Positions 47,679 through 57,307 of a stretch of 64,000 nt of DNA are shown in pieces (within the stretch, counting starts at the first letter, position 1; every line of letters begins with the position of its first letter). A program made the translations under genes and the position numbers. Source of the stretch: Armatimonadota bacterium (GTDB lineage Bacteria > Armatimonadota > SYMT01); assembly GCA_041690135.1 (NCBI GenBank), contig JAWLHY010000006.1:326337-390336 (forward strand), in the 5' to 3' direction. The notes beneath the pieces were generated by a model that was not told the DNA's origin, searched no databases, and saw only the letters and a list, made by a program, of their open reading frames with translations.

Positions 47679-48317
47679 ATGTGGATCACCGCAACACGGA
47701 ATGCAGCCTACCAGGAGCACTCCCAGGACCGCCTTGTCGTCGTGCCGGGACCCGGAGGAGTAGTCCTTGCGGTTGCCGATGGTGCGGGCGGGCAGTCCGG
47801 CGGAACGGCTGCCGCCGAGAAGGCGGTCCGTTTGGTGGAGCTGATGGCGAGCACCCGGAATGCTGCTATCTGGGGAGAGCCGGAGTGGCTCGGGCTGCTG
47901 GGAAGCCTCGACACCTGGCTGCTGGACGACCCGGATGCCGGAGAGACTACTCTCGTTGCACTCTGCCTCTCCGAAGACACCCTTACCGGCGCCGGCGTGG
48001 GTGACTCCGGCGCGTGGATCATCACACCCTCGGGTCTCGTGGATCTGACGGAGGATCAGCAGCCGAGACCGTTTCTCGGCTCGGGTGCCGCCTTCCCCGT
48101 CGGCTTCTCCTACCCCTTCCGGCAGGGCGATACGCTCCTGCTCGCCACGGACGGGCTCCTCAAATACGCCGACCCCGAATCACTGGCGGATCTGGCTCGC
48201 GGCGCCGATCTCGAAGCGGCGGCGGACGCCCTGGTCGAGCGGGTCCGCCTGCGCTCGGGCAACTTGCCGGATGATGTGGCGCTCGTCCTGTGCCGCCGGG
48301 CGCCGGAATGCCCATAA
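47679..48317 (+). CDS. PP2C-family Ser/Thr phosphatase
   Basis: SQD, AVADGAGG, GVGDS, LLLATDGL, PDDVA. Confidence 0.88.
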   Translation: MWITATRNAAYQEHSQDRLVVVPGPGGVVLAVADGAGGQSGGTAAAEKAVRLVELMASTRNAAIWGEPEWLGLLGSLDTWLLDDPDAGETTLVALCLSEDTLTGAGVGDSGAWIITPSGLVDLTEDQQPRPFLGSGAAFPVGFSYPFRQGDTLLLATDGLLKYADPESLADLARGADLEAAADALVERVRLRSGNLPDDVALVLCRRAPECP

Positions 48318-48438
48318 GAACGGTCGACTCTTCCGGCAAAGATCGTCAGCGGAAGGAAGTTGGCGGGTAGCCCCCGAAAGGGCAACCGGTACACTCCGGA
48401 TCCATTCTGGGGTTTTGACCCCGTCCACCTTCCCGTCC

Positions 48439-49809
48439 ATGCCTGACACCTGGACCACCGAGCAAGTACTCGATCTCGCACCGGACGCCAGCTCGGCCAA
48501 GGCCGGCCAGGGTCTGGCCAGCCCGCGCAAGTGGCTCAGCCTGGGCCGCTCCGAGCAGGCTGCCTGGGGAGAGTGCCAGGGCAGCGGCAAGACCCCTTAC
48601 CAGACCCAGATCGACCTCAGCGAGCCGGCCTTCCGCTGCAGTTGCCCCAGCCGCAAGTTCCCCTGCAAGCACGGTCTCGGCCTCCTTCTGCTCCTGGCCG
48701 GCCAACCGGCGTCCCTGACGGAGGGGGAACCGCCGGGGTGGGTGGCCGACTGGCTTGCCTCCCGCGCGCAGCGTGCCGAGAAGAAGGCGCAGGTCGCCGC
48801 GGATAAGGCGGAACGGGGCGACACCGTGGCGGATGCCGCTGCTCAGGCGAAGCGTGCGGCGAGCCGCCTCGAGCGAGTGACCGCGGGCCTTCAGGAGTTG
48901 GAGCTATGGCTTCACGACCTCGCCCGCGGCGGACTGGCGCAGGTGCAGACGCAGCCTCTCGGCTTCTGGGAGAGTCCGGCAAGCCGGCTCGTCGATGCGC
49001 AGGCGCCCGGAGTAGCCCGCCTGGTGCGGGAGTTGGGAACGCTTCCGGCCAGTGGCGCGGGCTGGGAGGAGCGACTCTTGCAACGCCTCGGACGCCTCGT
49101 CCTGTTGCTCGAGGCCTTCAAGCGCCTCGACACCCTCTCCCCCGAGGCGCAGGAGGACGTGCGAAGCCTCATCGGATGGACGCGCAACCAGGAAGAAGTA
49201 CTGGCTGGCGCCGGGGTGCGGGACCAGTGGACCGTACTGGGCCAGCGCGTAGAGGATGAGGAGCGCGTGCGGGTGCAGCGCACCTGGCTGGCGGGAGCGC
49301 AATCCAGCCGGTTCGCGCTGGTACTTAGCTTCGCAGCCTTTGGGCAGGCCCTCGACCCCAGCCTCGTTCCGGGTACCGCGTTCGATGGAGAGCTCGTCTT
49401 CTACCCGGGCGCCTTTCCGCTGCGTGCCATCGTCAAAAGCCGATACGGAGCACCAAGCCCAGCCGGCGGCCTGGGTGCAGCCGCTAGCCTGCGCCAGGCC
49501 CTGGAGGGTCCGGCGACCGCGCTGGCTTCCAACCCATGGCTGGAACAGCAACCACTGGCGGTAGCCGGAGTGAGGCCCGTCACTTCACATTCAGAGCGCG
49601 GAATGAGTTGGCGCTTGCGCGATTGCGAGGACCGCACCCTTCCCATCAGTCCCCGGTTCACCCAGGGCTGGCAGTTGCTCGCCCTCAGCGGCGGGTATCC
49701 CGTCGGCGTGTTTGGCGAGTGGGATGGACGCCACCTGCTTCCCCTCGCCGCCTGGACCCCCACTCACTACGTCACCTACCGTTCCGCGGAGAGTGGAAAT
49801 GCCGCGTGA
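48439..49809 (+). CDS. SWIM zinc-finger protein (YehQ-like)
   Basis: GECQGSGKTPY, CSCPSRKFPCKH, RLVDAQAPG. Confidence 0.9.
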   Translation: MPDTWTTEQVLDLAPDASSAKAGQGLASPRKWLSLGRSEQAAWGECQGSGKTPYQTQIDLSEPAFRCSCPSRKFPCKHGLGLLLLLAGQPASLTEGEPPGWVADWLASRAQRAEKKAQVAADKAERGDTVADAAAQAKRAASRLERVTAGLQELELWLHDLARGGLAQVQTQPLGFWESPASRLVDAQAPGVARLVRELGTLPASGAGWEERLLQRLGRLVLLLEAFKRLDTLSPEAQEDVRSLIGWTRNQEEVLAGAGVRDQWTVLGQRVEDEERVRVQRTWLAGAQSSRFALVLSFAAFGQALDPSLVPGTAFDGELVFYPGAFPLRAIVKSRYGAPSPAGGLGAAASLRQALEGPATALASNPWLEQQPLAVAGVRPVTSHSERGMSWRLRDCEDRTLPISPRFTQGWQLLALSGGYPVGVFGEWDGRHLLPLAAWTPTHYVTYRSAESGNAA

Positions 49810-51355
49810 ACTCTGGAAAACCCTGTTGGCCCAGGCATTGCTGGGGACGGCGCGAAACAGTATGGAGGCGCCGCCCGCCGGAGGCCCTCTGGGCGAGGTG
49901 CTAACGCGACTGGAGGCGGGAGATCCCGAGGGGCGCTTGCTGAAGACCGCGGGGGTGCTCTCCCTTTACCATCAGGCGGGATGGGAGCCGCCCCAGGATA
50001 CTGCCGCGCTGCCGGATCCCGCACCAGAGGATGAGCGAGCGTGTTGCTCCGCGGGTGCGGCGCAACATCTCGGGGCCATCCTATCCGGCCGCTTCACCGA
50101 AGTGCTTCCGGAGTGGCTGGAGGCGGCATCCACCGCTAGGGTCCGGGCTCCGGAGTCGCTGCTGCCGGCGCTGTTGGACGAAGGCTCGAAAGGGCGCTGG
50201 AGCGGAGAGCGCCACCGGTTCTTGCCGGTGCTCGGCCATCGCGGTTCCTGGCTCGCGCATCAGAACTCGGACTGGAGCTGGGCTACCCCCGCCGAAACCG
50301 CGACTACCGATGAAGAAGATCAACTCTGGCAGACCGGCGGACGTGAGGCCCGCGGACTGCTGTTGGAACGGGTGCGAGCCGCCGATCCGGAACGGGGACG
50401 CCGCATGCTCGAAAACACCTGGCGCGAAGACCCGGCGGCCGACCGGGCCGCGTTCCTGGCCCGCCTCCAGGTGGGGCTGCAACCGGAAGACGAGCCGTTT
50501 CTGGAAAGCTGCCTCGATGACCGTTCCACCGAAGTCCGCCGGGCCGCCGCGGAACTGCTGGCACGGCTTCCCGGGTCCGCCTACTGCGCGCGGATGCTCG
50601 CGCGGCTGGAGGCATTGATCACTGCCGAGCGACTACAAGAAGGTCGGAACGTTTCACGCCTCTCGCTGGCGGTCACCCTCCCCCAGGAATTGGACCCGGG
50701 AATGAAGCGGGATGGGCTCTCACCGAACCCGCCCGGCAATTCCACGGTGGGGCGCCGCGGAGTCTGGCTGTCGGAGCTGTTGAGTGCGGTGCCGCCTTCC
50801 GCGTGGTACGACCGGTGGGAGGCTTCCCCGGCGGAGATCGTGGCGGCCGCCGTGCGCACGGAGTGGCGGAAGGCGCTGCTGGACGGCTGGAGCGTCGCAG
50901 CCCAGCGCTATCGGGATGCCGCTCTGGCCGAAGCGCTCCTACGGCTGGGAATGGACGAGACTCCCTGGGGTGAATTGCTGGGGTTGCTCGCGCCGGAGAC
51001 GGCGGAGGGGATTATCCTCGAGCAACTGCGCAAGGAGCACGGCCTCTTCGGCGAGTCGGAGGGCGCAAACCAGGTCTTTCACCTGCTCCGGGAACACCGC
51101 CGTCCCTGGAGCGCCCTCTTCACCCGGGAGATCCTCGCCGCGCTCCGGAGGAATGCACACCTGAAAACCGCCCGCAGCCACTGGTATCTGCGTTCGGAGT
51201 TGAAGAACTTCGCCCTTTACGCCTCTCCCGAGGTCGCGGACGAGGCCCGCCAGGGCTGGCCCGAGGGAGATCAGAACCCCTGGGGGAACGCTCTCGAGAG
51301 TTTTCTCGATCTACTCCACTTCCGCAATGAAATGCTTCAGGAGCTGAGCCGATGA
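49799..51355 (+). CDS. DUF5691-like HEAT/helical protein
   Basis: ALLGT, VLGHRGSWLA..N.DW, DEPFLE..LDDRS.EVR; overlaps both neighbours. Confidence 0.75.
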   Translation: MPRELWKTLLAQALLGTARNSMEAPPAGGPLGEVLTRLEAGDPEGRLLKTAGVLSLYHQAGWEPPQDTAALPDPAPEDERACCSAGAAQHLGAILSGRFTEVLPEWLEAASTARVRAPESLLPALLDEGSKGRWSGERHRFLPVLGHRGSWLAHQNSDWSWATPAETATTDEEDQLWQTGGREARGLLLERVRAADPERGRRMLENTWREDPAADRAAFLARLQVGLQPEDEPFLESCLDDRSTEVRRAAAELLARLPGSAYCARMLARLEALITAERLQEGRNVSRLSLAVTLPQELDPGMKRDGLSPNPPGNSTVGRRGVWLSELLSAVPPSAWYDRWEASPAEIVAAAVRTEWRKALLDGWSVAAQRYRDAALAEALLRLGMDETPWGELLGLLAPETAEGIILEQLRKEHGLFGESEGANQVFHLLREHRRPWSALFTREILAALRRNAHLKTARSHWYLRSELKNFALYASPEVADEARQGWPEGDQNPWGNALESFLDLLHFRNEMLQELSR

Positions 51356-52431
51356 CCGCCGTCCTGCGAGAACACGCCGAGTCCCAATTCGCCGAAGAGT
51401 TGCACGAGCTGGCACGCCATGATACCCGCACCCGGCCGCCGAACTGGAAACTGTCTCCTTGGGCCGTGTCCACCTATCTGCTCGGCGGGACACTGGAGAA
51501 CGGGTTCGAGGTATCGCGGAAGTACTTCGGCAGCGCCCGTCTGATGCAGATCGCGGTGGCCACCCTCACGACCGACCGCGCCCTCCTGCTCCTCGGTGTG
51601 CCGGGAGTGGCCAAGTCGTGGGTGTCGGAGCACCTGGCCGCCGCCGTCTCGGGAGATTCAACCCTCATCGTTCAGGGCACGGCCGGCACCAGCGAGGAGG
51701 CGATCCGCTATGGTTGGAACTACGCCCGGCTGCTGGCGGAAGGTCCTTCGCGGCAGGCACTGGTCCCCAGCCCGGTGATGCGCGCCATGGAGGAGGGCAA
51801 GATCACCCGCGTCGAGGAGTTGACCCGGATCCCCTCCGACGTCCAGGACTCGCTGATCACCGTGCTATCCGAAAAGGCGCTCCCCATCCCCGAATTGAAC
51901 GACGAGGTTCAAGCTACCCGCGGGTTCAACGTGATTGCCACGGCCAACAACCGCGACCGGGGCGTCAACGAGCTCTCGAGCGCCCTCAAGCGACGCTTCA
52001 ATACCGTGGTACTTCCGCTGCCGGAGAGCGTCGACGAGGAAGTGGAGATTGTCAGAACACGTGTCGAAAGCCTTGGGCGCACCCTCCAGTTGCCCGCCGA
52101 GCCGCCGGCCCTGGAGGAAATCCGCAAGGTGGTGACCATCTTCCGAGAACTGCGCGGCGGCGCCACCACCGACGGGAAGACCAAGGTCAAGACCCCCACC
52201 GGCACCCTCAGCACCGCGGAGGCGATTTCGGTCATCAACAACGGTCTCGCCCTCGCCGGCCACTTCGGAGACGGTCGGCTCCGTGCCGCCGACCTCGCTT
52301 CCGGCCTCCTCGGAGCCGTGGTTCAGGACCCGGTCCAGGACCGGGTCGTCTGGCTGGAATACCTGGAAACGGTGGTGAAAGAGCGGGAGGGCTGGCGGGA
52401 CGTGTACCGGGCGTGCCGGGAAGTGAGCTGA
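51352..52431 (+). CDS. MoxR-like AAA+ ATPase (YehL type)
   Basis: Walker A GVPGVAKS, Walker B RVEELTR, IATAN.RDRGVNELSSALKRRF. Confidence 0.92.
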   Translation: MTAVLREHAESQFAEELHELARHDTRTRPPNWKLSPWAVSTYLLGGTLENGFEVSRKYFGSARLMQIAVATLTTDRALLLLGVPGVAKSWVSEHLAAAVSGDSTLIVQGTAGTSEEAIRYGWNYARLLAEGPSRQALVPSPVMRAMEEGKITRVEELTRIPSDVQDSLITVLSEKALPIPELNDEVQATRGFNVIATANNRDRGVNELSSALKRRFNTVVLPLPESVDEEVEIVRTRVESLGRTLQLPAEPPALEEIRKVVTIFRELRGGATTDGKTKVKTPTGTLSTAEAISVINNGLALAGHFGDGRLRAADLASGLLGAVVQDPVQDRVVWLEYLETVVKEREGWRDVYRACREVS

Positions 52432-52432
52432 G

Positions 52433-54739
52433 ATGCCGCGCCACCACGTCTTCGGGATCCGCCATCACGGACCCGGCTCGGCCCGCTCGGTCCGACGGGC
52501 GCTCGAGGAGCTCGGCCCCGATGTCATCCTGGTGGAAGGGCCCCCGGACGGCGAGGAGGTGCTGCCCCTCCTCGCGCATGCCGAGATGCAGCCACCGGTG
52601 GCCCTGCTCGTTTACGTTCCGGATCAGCCCCAACGCGCCGTCTACTACCCGTTCGCCGCCTTCTCTCCGGAATGGCAGGCGATCCACTTCGGGCTCTCCC
52701 ACGGGATCCCCGTGCGGTTCATGGATCTGCCCCAGGCGCATCGCCTCGCCCTGGAAGGGGAGCAAAGGGCGGGGAACCGGGAGCCATTGACAATTGACAA
52801 TTGTCAATTGTCAATTGTCAATTCGGGTCCGTATCGCGACCCCGAGGAAGCGCAAACCGCTTCTGCCTTTGCCGCAGATCCGCTGGGGGCGCTGGCGGAG
52901 GCGGCGGGCTACAGCGACGGGGAGAGCTGGTGGGAGCACATGGTGGAACACCGGCGCGACGGTACGGGGTTGTTTGCCGGAATCCTGGAGGCGATGACGG
53001 CGCTGCGAAGCTCTTTGCAGGGTGAGAACCCCGATCCTGAGGAGACACGGCTGGAGAGCCTGCGGGAAGCCTGGATGCGGCAGAGCGTGCGAGCGGCGCG
53101 GCGAGAAGGCTTCGAACGGATCGCCGTGATCTGCGGTGCGTGGCACGCCCCGGCGCTGGCGGATTTGCCGCCGGCCAGGGCGGACGCGGACCTGCTGAAG
53201 GGACTGCCAAAGGTCCGGGTGCAGGCGACCTGGGTACCGTGGACCCACGGCCGCCTCTGCACCGCCAGTGGCTACGGCGCGGGCGTGACCTCGCCCGGCT
53301 GGTATCACCATCTCTGGTCCTACGGCGGGAACGGCGCCACTGCCACCGACCTGGCCATCCGGTGGATGACTCGGGTCGCCCGGCTGCTGCGCGACGAGGA
53401 TCTGGATGCCTCTTCCGCACACGTGATTGAGGCGGTACGGCTGGCGGAGGCCCTCGCGGCGCTTCGCGACCGTCCGCTCCCGGGTCTCCCGGAGCTCAAC
53501 GAGGCGGCGTCCACCGTCCTATGCTTCGGCTCGGATGTACCGATGCGCCTCATCCACGAGCGCCTGGTCGTGGGGGAGAGGCTGGGGCGCGTGCCGGACG
53601 AGACCCCGATGGTCCCCCTCCAGCAGGACCTCCTCCGGGAGCAGCGTCGCCTGCGGCTGCCCGTGGAGGCCGCGCACCGCGACCTGGACCTGGACCTGCG
53701 AAAGCCCAACGACCTGGACCGCAGCCGGCTGCTCCACCGCCTGCGCCTGCTCGGGATCCCGTGGGGCGATCCGCAGCGGGCCCACGGAAAGAGCGGGACC
53801 TTCCACGAGTTGTGGCGTCTGCAGTGGAAGCCGGAGCTGGCGGTAGCGATCATCGAGGCGGCAGTGTGGGGCAACACGGTCCCGGAGGCGGCCGGCGCCC
53901 GCGTGCGGCACCGGGCGGACCACGCGGAGACCCTACCGGAGTTGACCGCCCTGGTGGATGCCACACTACTCTCGGATCTGCCCGACGCCATCGAGTATTT
54001 GATGGAACGGGTGCAGGCGGAAGCGGCGGTGGCCAGCGATATGGGGCACTTGATGGACGCTCTTCCCCCATTGGCGAACGTGTTCCGATACGGCAACGTG
54101 CGCCGCACGGACTCCGATATGCTGGGACACGTGATCGAAGGCCTGGTCACCCGCATCTGTATCGGGCTGCCGGGGGCGTGCGCTTCCCTCAACGATGATG
54201 CCGCGCGCGAAATGCTGCAACGACTGGCGCGGGTTCACGACTCGGTAACCCTGCTCCAGGATGAAGCGCAGCGCGCCCGGTGGCAAGCAACTCTCTACCG
54301 ACTGCTGGACCTTCCGGGCCTGCATGGTCTCCTGGCGGGGCGGTCCTGTCGCCTGTTGCTCGATACCCGAGCCCTCGATCCCGAGGAGGCAGCCCGGCGC
54401 ATGGGACTGGCCCTCTCACGCGCGGTCGAACCGGCCCACGCCGCCACCTGGGTCGAGGGTTTTCTCGCGGGGAGCGGTATGGTGCTTCTCCACGACGCCG
54501 GGTTGTGGGCGCTCCTGGACCGGTGGATCTCGGAATTGCCACGGAGCACCTTTGACGAGCTGCTCCCGCTACTGCGGCGCACTTTCTCCACTTTCTCCAC
54601 CGGTGAGCGGCGTGGTATGGGAGAGCTGGCGCGCCGGGGGCCCCGAGCCCAGGGCACTCTCGCGCCCGCGGAAGAAGATCTCGACCTGGCCCGCGCGGAA
54701 GCTGTTCTGCCCCTCCTCTCTCGCCTGTTGGGAGTCTGA
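52433..54739 (+). CDS. DUF5682 / YehM-like protein (TraB/ChaN-like fold)
   Basis: FGIRHHGPGSA, VEGP, FSPEW, REAWM, CGAWH, GYGAGV.SP. Confidence 0.88.
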   Translation: MPRHHVFGIRHHGPGSARSVRRALEELGPDVILVEGPPDGEEVLPLLAHAEMQPPVALLVYVPDQPQRAVYYPFAAFSPEWQAIHFGLSHGIPVRFMDLPQAHRLALEGEQRAGNREPLTIDNCQLSIVNSGPYRDPEEAQTASAFAADPLGALAEAAGYSDGESWWEHMVEHRRDGTGLFAGILEAMTALRSSLQGENPDPEETRLESLREAWMRQSVRAARREGFERIAVICGAWHAPALADLPPARADADLLKGLPKVRVQATWVPWTHGRLCTASGYGAGVTSPGWYHHLWSYGGNGATATDLAIRWMTRVARLLRDEDLDASSAHVIEAVRLAEALAALRDRPLPGLPELNEAASTVLCFGSDVPMRLIHERLVVGERLGRVPDETPMVPLQQDLLREQRRLRLPVEAAHRDLDLDLRKPNDLDRSRLLHRLRLLGIPWGDPQRAHGKSGTFHELWRLQWKPELAVAIIEAAVWGNTVPEAAGARVRHRADHAETLPELTALVDATLLSDLPDAIEYLMERVQAEAAVASDMGHLMDALPPLANVFRYGNVRRTDSDMLGHVIEGLVTRICIGLPGACASLNDDAAREMLQRLARVHDSVTLLQDEAQRARWQATLYRLLDLPGLHGLLAGRSCRLLLDTRALDPEEAARRMGLALSRAVEPAHAATWVEGFLAGSGMVLLHDAGLWALLDRWISELPRSTFDELLPLLRRTFSTFSTGERRGMGELARRGPRAQGTLAPAEEDLDLARAEAVLPLLSRLLGV
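52786..52823. repeat. In-frame heptamer palindrome (ATTGACA)2(ATTGTCA)3
   Basis: 52786-52815 is a perfect 30-bp palindrome; AT-rich patch inside a GC-rich gene. Confidence 0.9.
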
Positions 54740-54742
54740 ACG

Positions 54743-55924
54743 ATGAGCCTGCACACGGAAGATGAACGACTGCGACGCTGGCGCCTGGTACTGGGGGGAG
54801 AGTCGGCGGACGGAACCGGCTGCACGCTGCAAGGGGATGACCTCGCCATCGACCGTGCCCTATCGGCCCTGTATGACGCCGAGAAGGGACCCGGCAGTCT
54901 GAGCGGGAGTGCTCCGAAGGTCGCTCGCTGGCTCGGTGACATCCGCACCTATTTCCCGTCGTCCGTCGTCCGGGTGATGCAGCAGGACGCGCTGGAGCGG
55001 CTCGACCTCAAGCGGATGCTCCTGGAGCCGGAGATGCTGGAAGCAGTTGAACCGGATGTGCATCTCGTCGCCAACCTGGTCTCGCTCAGCAGCGTCATTC
55101 CGGAGCGCACGAAAGAGACCGCGCGGCAGGTGGTCCGCAAGGTAGTCGAGGATCTCCAGCGGCGGCTGGCGGAGCCGATGCGGCAGGCGGTGATGGGCAG
55201 CCTGAACCGGGCGGTACGCAACCGGCGGCCTCGACATTCCGAGATCGACTGGCACCGCACCCTCCGCGCAAACCTGAAGCACTATCAGCCGGATTACCGG
55301 ACCGTTATTCCACACACCCGGATCGGCTTCGGTCGCAAACGCTCTGCTCTCCGCGACGTGGTCCTCTGCGTGGACCAGAGCGGCTCCATGGCCACTTCGG
55401 TAGTGTATGCCGGCGTGTTCGGCGCGGTGATGGCTTCTCTCCCGGCCCTCGCCACCCGCGTCGTGGTGTTCGACACCGCGGTGGTGGACCTGACCGCCGA
55501 ACTGCACGACCCCGTCGAACTGCTGTTCGGGACCCAACTCGGCGGCGGCACTGATATCGCGCCGGCGCTGGCCTATTGCCAGGAACTGGTCCGCCGGCCC
55601 GAGGAGACGATCCTGGTACTGATTAGTGATCTCTACGATGGCGGGGCGCCCGGCAAGATGCTGGAACGCGTGCACGCGCTCGCAAGCGCCGGCGTGCAGG
55701 TCATCACTCTGCTGGCCCTCAGCGACGACGGGGCGCCGAGTTACGACCACCGCCACGCGGCCGCGCTCGCCGGGATGGACGTGCCCGTCTTCGCCTGCAC
55801 CCCGGACCTCTTCCCCGAGTTGATGGCCGCGGCCATCCATCGCCAGGACCTGACCCAGTGGGCCGCGGCCCGCGGCATCGTCACCGCCCGGGGTGGGCAA
55901 GAGGACTCGCGGGTTACCCTGTAG
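54743..55924 (+). CDS. VWA (CoxE/YehP-like) domain protein
   Basis: RRWRLVLG, IDWHRT, VDQSGSM, GGGTDI, LISDL. Confidence 0.9.
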   Translation: MSLHTEDERLRRWRLVLGGESADGTGCTLQGDDLAIDRALSALYDAEKGPGSLSGSAPKVARWLGDIRTYFPSSVVRVMQQDALERLDLKRMLLEPEMLEAVEPDVHLVANLVSLSSVIPERTKETARQVVRKVVEDLQRRLAEPMRQAVMGSLNRAVRNRRPRHSEIDWHRTLRANLKHYQPDYRTVIPHTRIGFGRKRSALRDVVLCVDQSGSMATSVVYAGVFGAVMASLPALATRVVVFDTAVVDLTAELHDPVELLFGTQLGGGTDIAPALAYCQELVRRPEETILVLISDLYDGGAPGKMLERVHALASAGVQVITLLALSDDGAPSYDHRHAAALAGMDVPVFACTPDLFPELMAAAIHRQDLTQWAAARGIVTARGGQEDSRVTL

Positions 55925-56061
55925 ATATCTTCCTACTTCTGCATCCGCCGCACCTTCCCATGCCGTACCTGGGCCGGATGGACCGCTATAATAGTGCCGG
56001 ACCGGGAGCCTCCAACGGCGCTAATCCCTGTGATGGTGAAATAGACGGAAGTGAGTGGACG

Positions 56062-57195
56062 ATGAAAGCAAGATCCGGAAAAGCGGCGGTATACCTCCTG
56101 GTAGCGGTGGTCGGCGGCCTCGTGGGCGGGGTGGCGAGCCGAGCACTTGATCGCGGGACAGCGGGGCTGCGCCCGGCCGGGTCGGTACGTCCGTTCACGG
56201 AAGTCGTGGAGAGCGGACAGCCTGCGGTTATGGGTGAAACCGTGGTCCAGGTCGCCCGCAGTGTAGGGCCCGCCGTGGTGAGCATCGACACGGTCTCTCG
56301 CGCCGAAGGTCCGGGATTCTTCTTCGGTGGCCCGCAGGAGCGCGAGGGACAGGGTTCCGGCTTCGTCATCAACGGCCGGGAGCGCCTCGTCGTCACGAAT
56401 AACCACGTCATCGAGGGGGCGCAGCGAATCCGCGTGAACTTCGCGGACGGCCGCTCCTTCGCGGCGCAGGTCGTAGGACGAGACGCCATCGGCGACATCG
56501 CACTCCTGCGCATCGAAGGAGAGGGGGAACTGCCCGAGATCAAGTTCGGCGACTCGGACAAGCTGGAGATCGGCCAGATCACCGTAGCGATCGGCAATCC
56601 TCTCGGCCTGGAACACACCGTCACCCAGGGCGTGCTGAGCGCCATCGGCCGCCAGTTGGACGGGCACGTGCAGGGCATCCCGCTGGATGACCTGATCCAG
56701 ACAGATGCGGCCATCAACCCCGGCAACAGCGGTGGTCCTCTGCTGGATGCCTACGGCCGCGTCATCGGCATGAACACCGCCATCATTTCCCAGGCCCAGG
56801 GCATCGGTTTTGCCGTGGCCGCCAACCGCATCAAGCGAGCGGTGACGGACATCCTTGAGTACGGGCGCGTGGTCCGACCGTGGGTCGGCGTCTCCATGGC
56901 CGACCTGACGCCGGAAATCGCGACCCAACTCGGGGTCACTCCGGCCGACCGGGAGGGCGTTGTCCTCGCGAACGTGCGCTCCGGAGAGCCGGCGGCCAAG
57001 GCAGGGATGCGGATGGGTGACGTGATCACCGAGGCAAACGGGCGCCAGATCAAGAACAGCGAAGACCTGCGTGCCGTAATCCAGGGACTGAAGCCGGGAG
57101 CGCAGCTCACGCTGCTGGGTTACCGGGGTAATCAGGAAATGACCTGGACACTATCCGTGGGCGAGATGCCACCGCCGGAACGACTGGGCCAGTGA
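56062..57195 (+). CDS. HtrA/DegP-like serine protease with one PDZ domain
   Basis: N-terminal TM; TNNHV, DIA, TDAAINPGNSGGPL; PDZ domain. Confidence 0.93.
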   Translation: MKARSGKAAVYLLVAVVGGLVGGVASRALDRGTAGLRPAGSVRPFTEVVESGQPAVMGETVVQVARSVGPAVVSIDTVSRAEGPGFFFGGPQEREGQGSGFVINGRERLVVTNNHVIEGAQRIRVNFADGRSFAAQVVGRDAIGDIALLRIEGEGELPEIKFGDSDKLEIGQITVAIGNPLGLEHTVTQGVLSAIGRQLDGHVQGIPLDDLIQTDAAINPGNSGGPLLDAYGRVIGMNTAIISQAQGIGFAVAANRIKRAVTDILEYGRVVRPWVGVSMADLTPEIATQLGVTPADREGVVLANVRSGEPAAKAGMRMGDVITEANGRQIKNSEDLRAVIQGLKPGAQLTLLGYRGNQEMTWTLSVGEMPPPERLGQ

Positions 57196-57199
57196 TTCT

Positions 57200-57283
57200 G
57201 GAATTGCAAATTGAGAATTGGAGATTGCAAATAGCAAATTGGAACCCGGAGAGGGCACCGGGCATTGCAGGTTGCAGATTGCG
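57200..57283. repeat. Degenerate heptamer tract (AATTGCA type)
   Basis: aattgcaaattgagaattggagattgcaaatagcaaattgg. Confidence 0.7.
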
Positions 57284-57307
57284 GGAAAGCTCTGGGGCTT
57301 TTGGTAG

